64,000 bases of DNA, taken from positions 337,459-401,458 of the forward strand of contig OY762943.1 of the NCBI GenBank assembly GCA_963667145.1, read 5' to 3'. Shown one piece after another: positions 11,197 to 20,351 of this stretch. Positions within the stretch are counted from its first letter, which is position 1. Each line of letters begins with the position of its first letter. The DNA comes from Candidatus Cloacimonadota bacterium. GTDB lineage: Bacteria > Cloacimonadota > Cloacimonadia > G963667145. The position numbers were made by a program, and so were the translations under genes. The notes beneath the pieces were generated by a model. That model worked only from the letters and a program-made list of their open reading frames with translations, had not been told where the DNA came from and did not search any database.

Positions 11197-11598
11197 TTAG
11201 TTTGCCTCAACCTGATTTAAAATACCGTTAATAAACTTCCCCGAAGATGTAGAGGAAAAAACTTTGGCAATCTCCAAAGCCTCGTTAATTACAACGGCTC
11301 GCGGTACGTTAGTGTGCAAAATTTCAAAAATTCCAACCCTCAGCAAAGCCTTGTCCACAGGCGAAATCCTAGAAAATTCCCAGTTCTTCGATTTTGTAAT
11401 TATTATTCTATCAATCTGTTCTAAGTTGCCCAAAACTCCAGAAACTAACTCTTTGGCAAATAAATAAATAGAATTATTTGTTGCCAGTTGTTCGTCCTCA
11501 CCTATCTGCTCCAAAGTGTCAAAAACCCTTTGCTCGTCATAATCGTCGCCGTACAATGCCTGCATAGCAATTTCCCGACCCTTTCTTCTTAAACCCAT
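11197..11598 (-). CDS. nusB: transcription antitermination factor NusB
   Basis: 133 aa with N-terminal RKGREIAMQALY, typical of NusB. Confidence 0.85.
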   Translation of the reverse strand: MGLRRKGREIAMQALYGDDYDEQRVFDTLEQIGEDEQLATNNSIYLFAKELVSGVLGNLEQIDRIIITKSKNWEFSRISPVDKALLRVGIFEILHTNVPRAVVINEALEIAKVFSSTSSGKFINGILNQVEAN

Positions 11599-11716
11599 AT
11601 TTCAAAGTTCCTAAAAATATAATTACAAAGCTTTTCTTATTCGAATTAGTTCTGACAAAAGTTTCATCTAAATCCTATTTGACAAGATTTTTTTGTCTTC
11701 TTGTCATATTTTGTAG

Positions 11717-13198
11717 TTAACGGAAAATACTGCCACCGATAAACTCGCGTAAAACTGAAGTTGACGGGATAAAAGTATCGTCAATTTCTTTCACATGTTC
11801 CAATATTGACAGTAACTTACAAGCCTTTTGGTAATTTGCAGAAGATTTTTCGACCTCAAGCAATGGATTAACAGCATGAGGCTTTAGAGCTGCCAGTTCG
11901 TAGGTTAAAGCTGAATTGAAAATGAAATCCGCTTCTTCCTGAAACGGAAAAATATTTTTGTCCTCACCTTCTCTGATGGCTTCCCAACGTCCAAGCGTGT
12001 CTTCGGCAGAATATCCCCGATAGTATTTATCCCTAACTATCCGTCTTAATTGCCTTATTTCTGTGGTGGTTATGCGATTGTGCCTGTCGAGGTTCAGCTG
12101 AAACAGCGGACTGATGTAGATGCTTTTCTTGTGCGAAAATGGGATGGAATAGGTGAGTTCCCTGTTCAGAGCGTGAATGCCCTCGATAATCAAAATGTGT
12201 TTTGAACCGATTTTGATAGTTTGTCCGCTTTTTTCTCTTTCCCCAGATTTGAAATTGTATTTAGGAAGCTCAACCTCATCGCCTTTCAGAATTTTGTTCA
12301 AATCTTTGTTCAGGTAGTGCAAATCTATCGATTCCAAACACTCAAAATCGAATTCACCATTGGGCTTGCGTGGAGTGAGTGTGCGAGGCAAAAAATAGTC
12401 GTCCAAGCTAATTACCACTGGCTTCAATCCAAAAACCGACAAATGCAGTCGCAGTTTGGAAGCGAAAGTCGTTTTTCCTGAAGAGGAAGGACCTGCAATG
12501 AGAATTAACTTCGCCAATTTATCACACTGGATAGCGGAAGCAATCTTGCTGATTTCCTGCTCAACTCGCGTTTCGTCCATCAAAATCTGATTTTTGATAG
12601 AACCATTGTCAACAGCTTGGTTCAGATAAGCCAAGTTGTACATCTTGGTCAAAAGAAGCCATCTCTTGTAGGATTGATGAGAATTAAACAACCGCTTGGA
12701 AATATTGAAGTTAGGATTGAATTCGCCAGATTCCCACGATGCCATTCGCAAAATGAATCCCGGACTATAATCGGAAAGTTTGAACTCACCCACTTTTCCA
12801 GTGCTTTCCAACAGTTCCCCCACGATGTAGTCACAATAGTCTCCACAGCAATAGATACTAATATTTTTAAATTTCAAAAACTCAATATTTTTTAACACAT
12901 CTTTTCTTTCGCTAAAAATCTCTTTTGCTTCTTCTGCGGACACAGTTTTCTTTATAATCGGTAAATCGTTATCGATTATTTCCTGCATTTTCGCCTGAAT
13001 TTCTCCAACCATGCTCCGCGACACGTAATTACGCCTAAAGTCCTCTATATACAAGCCGTCTTTCACGGAATTTTCTACCACCAATCGCCTCTTATTGTTC
13101 GTCAAAGAATAATATGCCATAAACAAAACAAAGCTAAGTGTCTTTTTGTTTAAATCAAACGCCTTTAATTTTTCCATATTACTTCCTCCTTCTTTCAA
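11717..13198 (-). CDS. uridine kinase family protein (PRK/Udk P-loop kinase domain with N-terminal extension)
   Basis: Walker A GPSSSGKTT followed by ISLDDYF, typical of uridine/cytidine kinases, plus an extra N-terminal domain of about 220 aa. The alternative start M8 would remove the overlap with murG. Confidence 0.6.
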   Translation of the reverse strand: MKEGGSNMEKLKAFDLNKKTLSFVLFMAYYSLTNNKRRLVVENSVKDGLYIEDFRRNYVSRSMVGEIQAKMQEIIDNDLPIIKKTVSAEEAKEIFSERKDVLKNIEFLKFKNISIYCCGDYCDYIVGELLESTGKVGEFKLSDYSPGFILRMASWESGEFNPNFNISKRLFNSHQSYKRWLLLTKMYNLAYLNQAVDNGSIKNQILMDETRVEQEISKIASAIQCDKLAKLILIAGPSSSGKTTFASKLRLHLSVFGLKPVVISLDDYFLPRTLTPRKPNGEFDFECLESIDLHYLNKDLNKILKGDEVELPKYNFKSGEREKSGQTIKIGSKHILIIEGIHALNRELTYSIPFSHKKSIYISPLFQLNLDRHNRITTTEIRQLRRIVRDKYYRGYSAEDTLGRWEAIREGEDKNIFPFQEEADFIFNSALTYELAALKPHAVNPLLEVEKSSANYQKACKLLSILEHVKEIDDTFIPSTSVLREFIGGSIFR

Positions 13199-14219
13199 AA
13201 TCTTCGTAGATTTTATCGCAAATTACCTTACCGATGTCGTTTTTGCAACTATTTTTTTCGGCAGAATTTTCATAATTTTCATAATTCCCCAAAATATGCA
13301 AAATTGCTGTTTTTAGGCTATCCTCCGTGCATTCACTCTCTTTCAAAACAATTCCACTTCCATGCTCAGTGTAAGCAAGGGCGTTTTGGTATTGATGATT
13401 GCCTGCGGAAATACCCAAAGGAACCAAAATAGCGGGCAGTCCTCTTGCCTGCAACTCCGCAATAGTCAACGCTCCAGCCCTGCATATAACTAATCCAGCT
13501 CTGTTATAAATTTCAGGCATTTTGCCCGAAAATCCAAAAATATTAACCTTTTTGCTTTTGTGCGAAGCATATTTATCGATGTTCTTCTCCCCAACTTGCC
13601 AATCTATTTCAAGACCTCTTTCTAACAAAAAATCTAATAGCCCTGAGAACTTTTTGTTTAAAAATTCAGAGCCTTGAGAACCCCCAACCAACAATATGTT
13701 TTCCCCTTTGGATACCGATTGACTTTGGATTGGATTGCCCACAAATACGCTTTTGCGGAAATAAACATCAGCTTTTTTGTTTCCCAAGAAAATATTTTCT
13801 GCAACATTCCCTAATTTCCTCGTGACCAATCCTGGATAAGAGTTTTGCTCATGGAAATAGATAAGAATTTTTCTTTGTCTCAACTTGTTATAAACTATTG
13901 CAGCTAAAGCTGGTGGAGCACAAACAAACCCTCCGCTTCCAACAAAAACATCAGGATTGAACTTCAGGAAAAATAGCAAGCATTTAGAAAAACTGGAAAA
14001 CAATTTAATGGGGAAAAAGATATGCTTAAAAGTAAATTTTCTGTACAGTTTTTGTACATTAATGGGGAAAAAAGTGAGCTCGGTAGCTAATCTTTCTTCC
14101 ATTGAATTTGCGTTTCCCACAAAAACAATGTCGTTGCCTTTTTCTCTCAAGGCTTTACCAATCACCAAAGCAGGAATTATATGACCAGCTGTTCCTCCAC
14201 CCGAGATTACAACTTTCAC
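13179..14219 (-). CDS. murG: UDP-N-acetylglucosamine--N-acetylmuramyl-(pentapeptide) pyrophosphoryl-undecaprenol N-acetylglucosamine transferase
   Basis: N-terminal GGGTAGHIIPAL motif and GT28 architecture. Last gene of the dcw cluster here. Confidence 0.9.
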   Translation of the reverse strand: MKVVISGGGTAGHIIPALVIGKALREKGNDIVFVGNANSMEERLATELTFFPINVQKLYRKFTFKHIFFPIKLFSSFSKCLLFFLKFNPDVFVGSGGFVCAPPALAAIVYNKLRQRKILIYFHEQNSYPGLVTRKLGNVAENIFLGNKKADVYFRKSVFVGNPIQSQSVSKGENILLVGGSQGSEFLNKKFSGLLDFLLERGLEIDWQVGEKNIDKYASHKSKKVNIFGFSGKMPEIYNRAGLVICRAGALTIAELQARGLPAILVPLGISAGNHQYQNALAYTEHGSGIVLKESECTEDSLKTAILHILGNYENYENSAEKNSCKNDIGKVICDKIYEDFERRRK

Positions 14220-14223
14220 AAGC

Positions 14224-15327
14224 TCAAATCTCTTTTTTGGTAAGATTAAGAATTATGCCTATCGACAAGGAGTTTACCAACATTGATGTTCCTCCGTAGC
14301 TGATGAAAGGCAGGGTAACTCCCGTTGGCGGAAGCATAGAAATTGTTACACCTATATGCACAATGGCGTTGTAAAAAATATTGTGCACCAAGCCAACTCC
14401 CATAAGCTTTTTGTACAAATTTGTTTCGTCACTCAAAAGTTTCAACGCTCGGAAGTAAATTATGGCGAAACCAATAATGATAATAAATGCTCCAAAAAAG
14501 CCAAATTCCTCAGCAATCACCGAAAAAATGTAGTCCGTGTCTGCCTCGGGAAGATTGGAATCTTTCGCTCTGCCATCACCTCCAAAAAATCCGCCAGAAG
14601 CCAACGCCATTAGGCTTTGCTTGGTTGAATAATCGGCTCCTTCCCGAAGAACAAAAGAAGTGTCCTCACTCATCAGAAGATTGTATTTCTGATAAACTCC
14701 TATCCGTTGTAGCCTGAAGCTCGCTCCAAAACTTATCACAACGACTAACAACACAGCCAAAACAGAAATGAGAATAATCACAACTCGTTTGCTGATTCCC
14801 GCTGCAATTAACATCATGAGGAGAGACAAGCCGAGAATAATCAGAATGCTTAGGTGTCTTCCGGCTAAAATGAGGGAAAATATCACTATAGAGACCAAAA
14901 TGATTTGTTTATAGTTGGCAAAAAAATCTTTTATTCCGCTTACGTTACAATTCTTTTTTTTGTCCAATATATAAGCAAAATACAAAATCAGAACCAATCG
15001 TGCTAACAAACTGGGCTGGAAAGAAATAAAGCCAAAGTGGAAAAGCCTTTTTGCTCCTCTGATTTCCACTCCGAAAAATAACACCAAAATGAGTAAACAC
15101 GAAACGAAAAAAAGCATATAGGGAATCAACTTTTTGATTTTTTCCAAATCCATTTCAAAAGAAATTAAAACAGCTCCAAAAGAAATCAACACCCAAACGA
15201 TTTGCTTGATAAATTTTGCCATTTGCCCGTAGGATGAGATGTTCATCACAAAATACAGCCCTATAAACACAAGAAAAACATAGGCAATTATTATGAATTT
15301 ATCCGCTTTTTTGAAAAAATTAAACAT
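14224..15327 (-). CDS. ftsW: SEDS-family peptidoglycan glycosyltransferase (FtsW)
   Basis: Polytopic membrane protein between murD and murG, with SEDS-family conserved regions (PTGVTLPFISYGGTS). Confidence 0.8.
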   Translation of the reverse strand: MFNFFKKADKFIIIAYVFLVFIGLYFVMNISSYGQMAKFIKQIVWVLISFGAVLISFEMDLEKIKKLIPYMLFFVSCLLILVLFFGVEIRGAKRLFHFGFISFQPSLLARLVLILYFAYILDKKKNCNVSGIKDFFANYKQIILVSIVIFSLILAGRHLSILIILGLSLLMMLIAAGISKRVVIILISVLAVLLVVVISFGASFRLQRIGVYQKYNLLMSEDTSFVLREGADYSTKQSLMALASGGFFGGDGRAKDSNLPEADTDYIFSVIAEEFGFFGAFIIIIGFAIIYFRALKLLSDETNLYKKLMGVGLVHNIFYNAIVHIGVTISMLPPTGVTLPFISYGGTSMLVNSLSIGIILNLTKKEI

Positions 15328-15329
15328 AA

Positions 15330-16610
15330 TTAAATTAATTTTTTTACCAACTCTTTAAATATTTTTCCTCTTTGTTCAAAATTTTTGAACATATCGTAGC
15401 TTGCACAAGCAGGCGACAAAAGGACTACATCTCCGCTTTTTGTTGAACTAATTGCTTCCTTCACACAATCTTCAAATTCCAAGACATACTCGCATTCAAT
15501 TGCATTGCGGAAATTCGAGTACATCACCTTGCCAGTCTGCCCTATTAAATAAACCTTCCTGCATTTTTCTTTCAGCACTGGCAAAAGTCTATTGAAATCT
15601 TCACCTTTGTCCGATCCGCCCAAAATCAAAATGATTTTTTGTTCAAACGCCTGTAATGCACACAAAGTTGAGTCCACAGTTGTAGCTTTGGAATCGTTGA
15701 CAAAAACAACTCCGTCTTTTTCACAAAACCTTTCCAAGCGGTGTTCCAAAGGCAGAAATTTATTTATTCCTTCTTGAATTAAATTATTAGGAACTTTGCC
15801 ATAACAAGCTAAAACAGCGAAAGTTATATTCTTGAGATTGTGATTTCCCAAGAGATTTTTATTGAAATTTCTGAAAATAAATCCATTTACGACAATTTCG
15901 TTCCCATGTAAATAGTCTTCCATCACCAAGCAAGAAGAATCAATTTGATGTTTACTTATTGTACTTGTAAATATAGCTTTATCTCGCTTATTTTGATTAT
16001 TAAAAATGTTATATTTAATTTGGGAGTATTCCTCAAAAGAAGAATAGCGATCGAGGTGGTCAGGAGTGATATTGAGCAAAATTGCTATATCGGCTTTGAA
16101 GGTGTCCAGCAACTCCAACTGAAAACTGGAAAGCTCCAAAACCAAATAATCGAATTGCTCCTTTTGTAAATCGTAGGAAGTTATGGGGAAACCTATATTT
16201 CCTGCCAAGCCTACTTTAACACCTCCAACCTCCAAAATATGCTTAATTAACGAAACGACTGTGCTTTTTCCATTTGTTCCAGTCACAGCAATAATTTTGG
16301 TTTTAGTCGGCTTCAGGAGGTAACCTAACTCAATCTCAGATAATATTTTAACTTTATCCTCACGAGCTTTCTTTAGAATTGGAATATCCAACCTAATGCC
16401 TGGACTAACAACGATAAACTCATTGTCTATAACTTTGTCCGTGTGCCCTTCCAATTCAAACTCGCAATCCAACTTTTGCAACTCACTTAAAGCATTGTCA
16501 TTTCTGTCGGAAACAAACACTTTTGCACCCAATTGCAACAGCCTTTTTGTCGCAGAAAGTCCAGAAATTCCGAGACCTAAAACACAAACTTTTTTATTTG
16601 TAAAATCCAT
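15330..16610 (-). CDS. murD: UDP-N-acetylmuramoylalanine--D-glutamate ligase
   Basis: N-terminal Rossmann motif VLGLGISG, Mur ligase P-loop GTNGKST and dcw-cluster position. Confidence 0.9.
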   Translation of the reverse strand: MDFTNKKVCVLGLGISGLSATKRLLQLGAKVFVSDRNDNALSELQKLDCEFELEGHTDKVIDNEFIVVSPGIRLDIPILKKAREDKVKILSEIELGYLLKPTKTKIIAVTGTNGKSTVVSLIKHILEVGGVKVGLAGNIGFPITSYDLQKEQFDYLVLELSSFQLELLDTFKADIAILLNITPDHLDRYSSFEEYSQIKYNIFNNQNKRDKAIFTSTISKHQIDSSCLVMEDYLHGNEIVVNGFIFRNFNKNLLGNHNLKNITFAVLACYGKVPNNLIQEGINKFLPLEHRLERFCEKDGVVFVNDSKATTVDSTLCALQAFEQKIILILGGSDKGEDFNRLLPVLKEKCRKVYLIGQTGKVMYSNFRNAIECEYVLEFEDCVKEAISSTKSGDVVLLSPACASYDMFKNFEQRGKIFKELVKKLI

Positions 16611-16613
16611 AAT

Positions 16614-17714
16614 TTATCGAAGTTTTATCGTCATCAAAGCCAGTGAAGCAAAAATAGCCGCTACAATCCAAAATCTAATAACAATTTTCCCTTCTGACAA
16701 TCCCTTTCTCTCAAAATGGTGATGCAGAGGAGCACACAAAAAGAGTCGTTTGCCCACTCCATATTTTTTTCGAGTATATTTGAAATATGATGTCTGCAAA
16801 AACGAAGAAAGAGTTTCTGCAACCAACACAAAGGCTGCAATCCCCAGCAACAACTCCTCTCGAATAATGATGGAAATCACAGCTAATAGCCCTCCAAGAC
16901 AGAGTGAGCCTGTGTCTCCCATAAAAATCTGGGCTGGTTTTGCGTTATACCACAAAAATCCCAGAGTAGTGCCGATTATCGCAAAGACAAACACACAAAC
17001 CTCTGAGCTTTCCTGAATAAATTCCAAATGAAAGTGATTACACAAAAGAATATTTCCTTTCATATAAGCCAAAACCCCTATGGGAATAAGGCAGATACAC
17101 ACCAAACCTCCCGCTAAACCATCCAAGCCATCGCTTATGTTTACCGCATTGGATGAACCAACAACTAAAAAAATTAGGAAAGGTACAAAGAAAAAACTCA
17201 GCTCCCAAAAGGTGTTCTTCAAAAAAGGCACAGACACTTTTCCTAAGATAGATAAATCAGGCTGAATGATGTAAAGAAAGCAAAATGTTAATAGAGATAA
17301 AGATATTTGTCCCAGTAACTTATGCTTTGCTACTAATCCATCTCCATAACCTTTTATGTTTTTTAGATAATCGTCTATAAACCCCAATGCTCCCAACCAA
17401 ATAGACACAAAATACAAAATAAGTATGTGCGGAGAGGTCAAGTCATTCCACAATAGCGAAGACAACAAAAGTCCGCAAATTATTATTATACCGCCCATTG
17501 AAGGTGTGCCTTGCTTAATGTTGTGCTGAGGCATGTATGAATTAATGCTTTCAACAACCTTGATTTTTTTTAAATACTTTATAGTCCACGGACCAACCAA
17601 AAATGAAAAAAGAAACGCCGTTACGAAAGCGGCAGCAGAACGAAATGTTACGTATCTAAAAACATTAAGTAAAATGTTATTTTGCCCAACATAAACATAT
17701 AAATAATAAAGCAT
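16614..17714 (-). CDS. mraY: phospho-N-acetylmuramoyl-pentapeptide transferase
   Basis: Polytopic membrane protein with MraY motifs (GTPSMGG, NAxNxxDGLDGLA). Confidence 0.9.
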   Translation of the reverse strand: MLYYLYVYVGQNNILLNVFRYVTFRSAAAFVTAFLFSFLVGPWTIKYLKKIKVVESINSYMPQHNIKQGTPSMGGIIIICGLLLSSLLWNDLTSPHILILYFVSIWLGALGFIDDYLKNIKGYGDGLVAKHKLLGQISLSLLTFCFLYIIQPDLSILGKVSVPFLKNTFWELSFFFVPFLIFLVVGSSNAVNISDGLDGLAGGLVCICLIPIGVLAYMKGNILLCNHFHLEFIQESSEVCVFVFAIIGTTLGFLWYNAKPAQIFMGDTGSLCLGGLLAVISIIIREELLLGIAAFVLVAETLSSFLQTSYFKYTRKKYGVGKRLFLCAPLHHHFERKGLSEGKIVIRFWIVAAIFASLALMTIKLR

Positions 17715-17717
17715 TTA

Positions 17718-20351
17718 CTATCCTTTTAAACTACCCAATATAATCTTCTTTAACTTAGTCAGCCCAACACCATTAGAACCCTTGATGAGAACAACATCTC
17801 CTTGTGAAAACTTAGGCAAATTTTCGCAAAATTTGTCAACATTCTCATAGTAACAAGTCGGATTGTAGTGCTTAGCTAACTTTCCTACGCCAAAAGTCGT
17901 ATAATCGGAGACCAATTTGCCAATTTCCGCATGAAAATCAACTTCCTCGTCCCCCAATTCCAACATATCTCCCAAAATTGCAATATGATTATTATTTTTC
18001 TTGTAATTCTTCCAAAATTTTATCGCTTCTTTCATGGATAGAGGGTTGGCATTATAGCAATCAAAAATATAGTCAACGTCACTTATAGTTTTTATTTCCA
18101 ATCTGTTATCCAGTTCAAGAGAATGGAACAATCCCTCCGAAATAACCGAATTTTCTATTCCTAAAATCATCCCAACTTTTGCTGTAATGGCTGCCGCATT
18201 TGCTCTAAAAATCGGCTGATTTCCCAACTCAAAAACTTGCTTATCCAATTTTATAGAAATATCCTCACCCGATTGGATTGTTTCAAAATCCAAACTATCA
18301 TCAAAAAAATCTTTCGCTATCGTTACTTTTGTTTCGCTATAATCGAACAGTTTTTTCTTCTCCTGATATACACCTTGAATTGTCTTGAAAGTAGCCAAAT
18401 GACAAGCACTTATGTTGGTGATTATTCCTATGTTCGGACGAACAACTGTGGCTAATCTTTCTATCTCTCCAGGATGGTCAGTTCCCATTTCAATTAGCAA
18501 ATAGTTGTGAGAGGGAGTCAGCTCAAAAATCGTTTTGGGAACCCCAATTTGATTATTTTCGTTGGCAAAAGTCTTCAAAACCTTTCCACGTTGACTCAGT
18601 ACATTGCTCAACATTTCTTTGGTTGTTGTTTTACCAACACTTCCTGTGATACCAATTTTCACTGGGTTAAAATGCGACAAATACGCTTTTGCCAAGGTTT
18701 GATAGGCTTCTACAGTGTCTTCAACCATCATCACCCTGTCATCTTGGATTTTGCAATCTTTGTTGACGATGGCACAGCACCCTTCGATTTTCAACACTTG
18801 AGGCACAAATTGATTTGAATCGAAATTTTTGCCTGGCAAAGCTATGAATAAAGAATTAGGCTTTATTTTTCGAGAATCCGTAACTATCCTCTCAAAAACA
18901 AAATCCAAAGGAAAACACTCACCAAAAGACGAATTGAGAACCTTTTCTATCCACATTGGATCAAAAACTTGCTTGAAAGTAGTGTTGAAATCCTCCGATA
19001 AATAATCCAAGTCCGAAAATGGCAAAACCTCAAATCCTCGGTCAAGTTTTGTTTCCGCTCCTCTCCCCAATACTAAGAAGATTTCGTTATCTTTACAGAT
19101 TGATAAACCGTAAGTTATGGCTATTTTGCGTGACCTGATGACAACTATTTTTTCCATTTCATTTTCAGCGACTATTTCGGAAAGAATATCAGCAACATTC
19201 TCACTTCGGGAATTGTCCTCGCATATGATGACTAAATCCGAGTTTTCAACAGCAATCTTGCCCATTTTGCTTCGCTTGTCTCGGTCTCTATCTCCACCAC
19301 AGCCGAACAAAGTAATCACTCTTTTTCTTCCCAAACTTTTTGCGAACTGTAGTACCTTCAGCATAGAATCTGGGCTGTGAGCATAGTCAACCAGCACATT
19401 GCTTCGAACGAGATTGTACCTACCTTCCAAGGGCTTTACTTCGTGCAAAACATCAGTGAAAACTTTGCCCAAGACGACATTCAGCAACGACAAAATAAAA
19501 GCAGAATTGAAAAGATTTATTTCTCCCAATAGTGAAGTAACACACTCTAAATCGTTCAACTGAAATTTTGAACCCTGCAAGCTACTCTCTGTGCATTTAT
19601 AGTAATAATCAGCTTCTTTATCTACGAACGAAATTCTCAAAATTTTGTCCGCATCAAGCAATTTACCGTAGCTATCGTCCCAGTTTATCAGAGCAACACT
19701 CCCACAAGCAATCGCATTGTTGAGAAAATTAAGCTTTGTTTGGGCATAATTCTCAAAAGTTTTGTGGAAATCTAAGTGGTCTTGAGACAGATTTGTGAAA
19801 CAAACAATGTCGAACTTAATTCCCGCAACTCTTTGGAGAGCAATGGCATGTGAAGATACTTCCATCAAAACAAACTCGATGTTTGTCTCCGCCATCTTGG
19901 ATAAAATACGCCTCAATTCTATTATATCGGGAGTAGTTCGTTCATTTGTATATTCTTCTGTTCCAATTAGATATTTGCCAGTTCCTATCACTCCTGCTTT
20001 ATATCCTAACTTAGTTAAAACTCTGTGAGTTAGGAAAGAGCAACTCGATTTCCCGTTTGTCCCAGTTATTCCGATAATTTTCAACTTGTCAGACGGATTA
20101 TTGTAAAACTTATCAGACAAATATGCACAAGCCAATCTGCTGTCTTCACATATAATTACAGAAACTTTTGTCTCTATTTCCTCTTGTGATATTATTAAAG
20201 TTGCACCATTATTGATAGCATCATCAACAAAATTACGTCCATCTTGCGAAAATCCCTTGATGCAGACAAAAATGTAGTTCTTTTTTACCAGTCGCGAATC
20301 GGAAGCAATTCCTGAGTACTTCGAAACATCAACATCTTTTATCGTTTTCAT
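17718..20351 (-). CDS. murE-murF: fused MurE-MurF (UDP-MurNAc-tripeptide synthetase + UDP-MurNAc-pentapeptide synthetase)
   Basis: One 877-aa ORF with two complete Mur-ligase units and two P-loops: GITGTNGKSS (about aa 95, MurE-like) and GITGSVGKTTT (about aa 565, MurF-like). No internal stop or frameshift. Confidence 0.8.
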   Translation of the reverse strand: MKTIKDVDVSKYSGIASDSRLVKKNYIFVCIKGFSQDGRNFVDDAINNGATLIISQEEIETKVSVIICEDSRLACAYLSDKFYNNPSDKLKIIGITGTNGKSSCSFLTHRVLTKLGYKAGVIGTGKYLIGTEEYTNERTTPDIIELRRILSKMAETNIEFVLMEVSSHAIALQRVAGIKFDIVCFTNLSQDHLDFHKTFENYAQTKLNFLNNAIACGSVALINWDDSYGKLLDADKILRISFVDKEADYYYKCTESSLQGSKFQLNDLECVTSLLGEINLFNSAFILSLLNVVLGKVFTDVLHEVKPLEGRYNLVRSNVLVDYAHSPDSMLKVLQFAKSLGRKRVITLFGCGGDRDRDKRSKMGKIAVENSDLVIICEDNSRSENVADILSEIVAENEMEKIVVIRSRKIAITYGLSICKDNEIFLVLGRGAETKLDRGFEVLPFSDLDYLSEDFNTTFKQVFDPMWIEKVLNSSFGECFPLDFVFERIVTDSRKIKPNSLFIALPGKNFDSNQFVPQVLKIEGCCAIVNKDCKIQDDRVMMVEDTVEAYQTLAKAYLSHFNPVKIGITGSVGKTTTKEMLSNVLSQRGKVLKTFANENNQIGVPKTIFELTPSHNYLLIEMGTDHPGEIERLATVVRPNIGIITNISACHLATFKTIQGVYQEKKKLFDYSETKVTIAKDFFDDSLDFETIQSGEDISIKLDKQVFELGNQPIFRANAAAITAKVGMILGIENSVISEGLFHSLELDNRLEIKTISDVDYIFDCYNANPLSMKEAIKFWKNYKKNNNHIAILGDMLELGDEEVDFHAEIGKLVSDYTTFGVGKLAKHYNPTCYYENVDKFCENLPKFSQGDVVLIKGSNGVGLTKLKKIILGSLKG

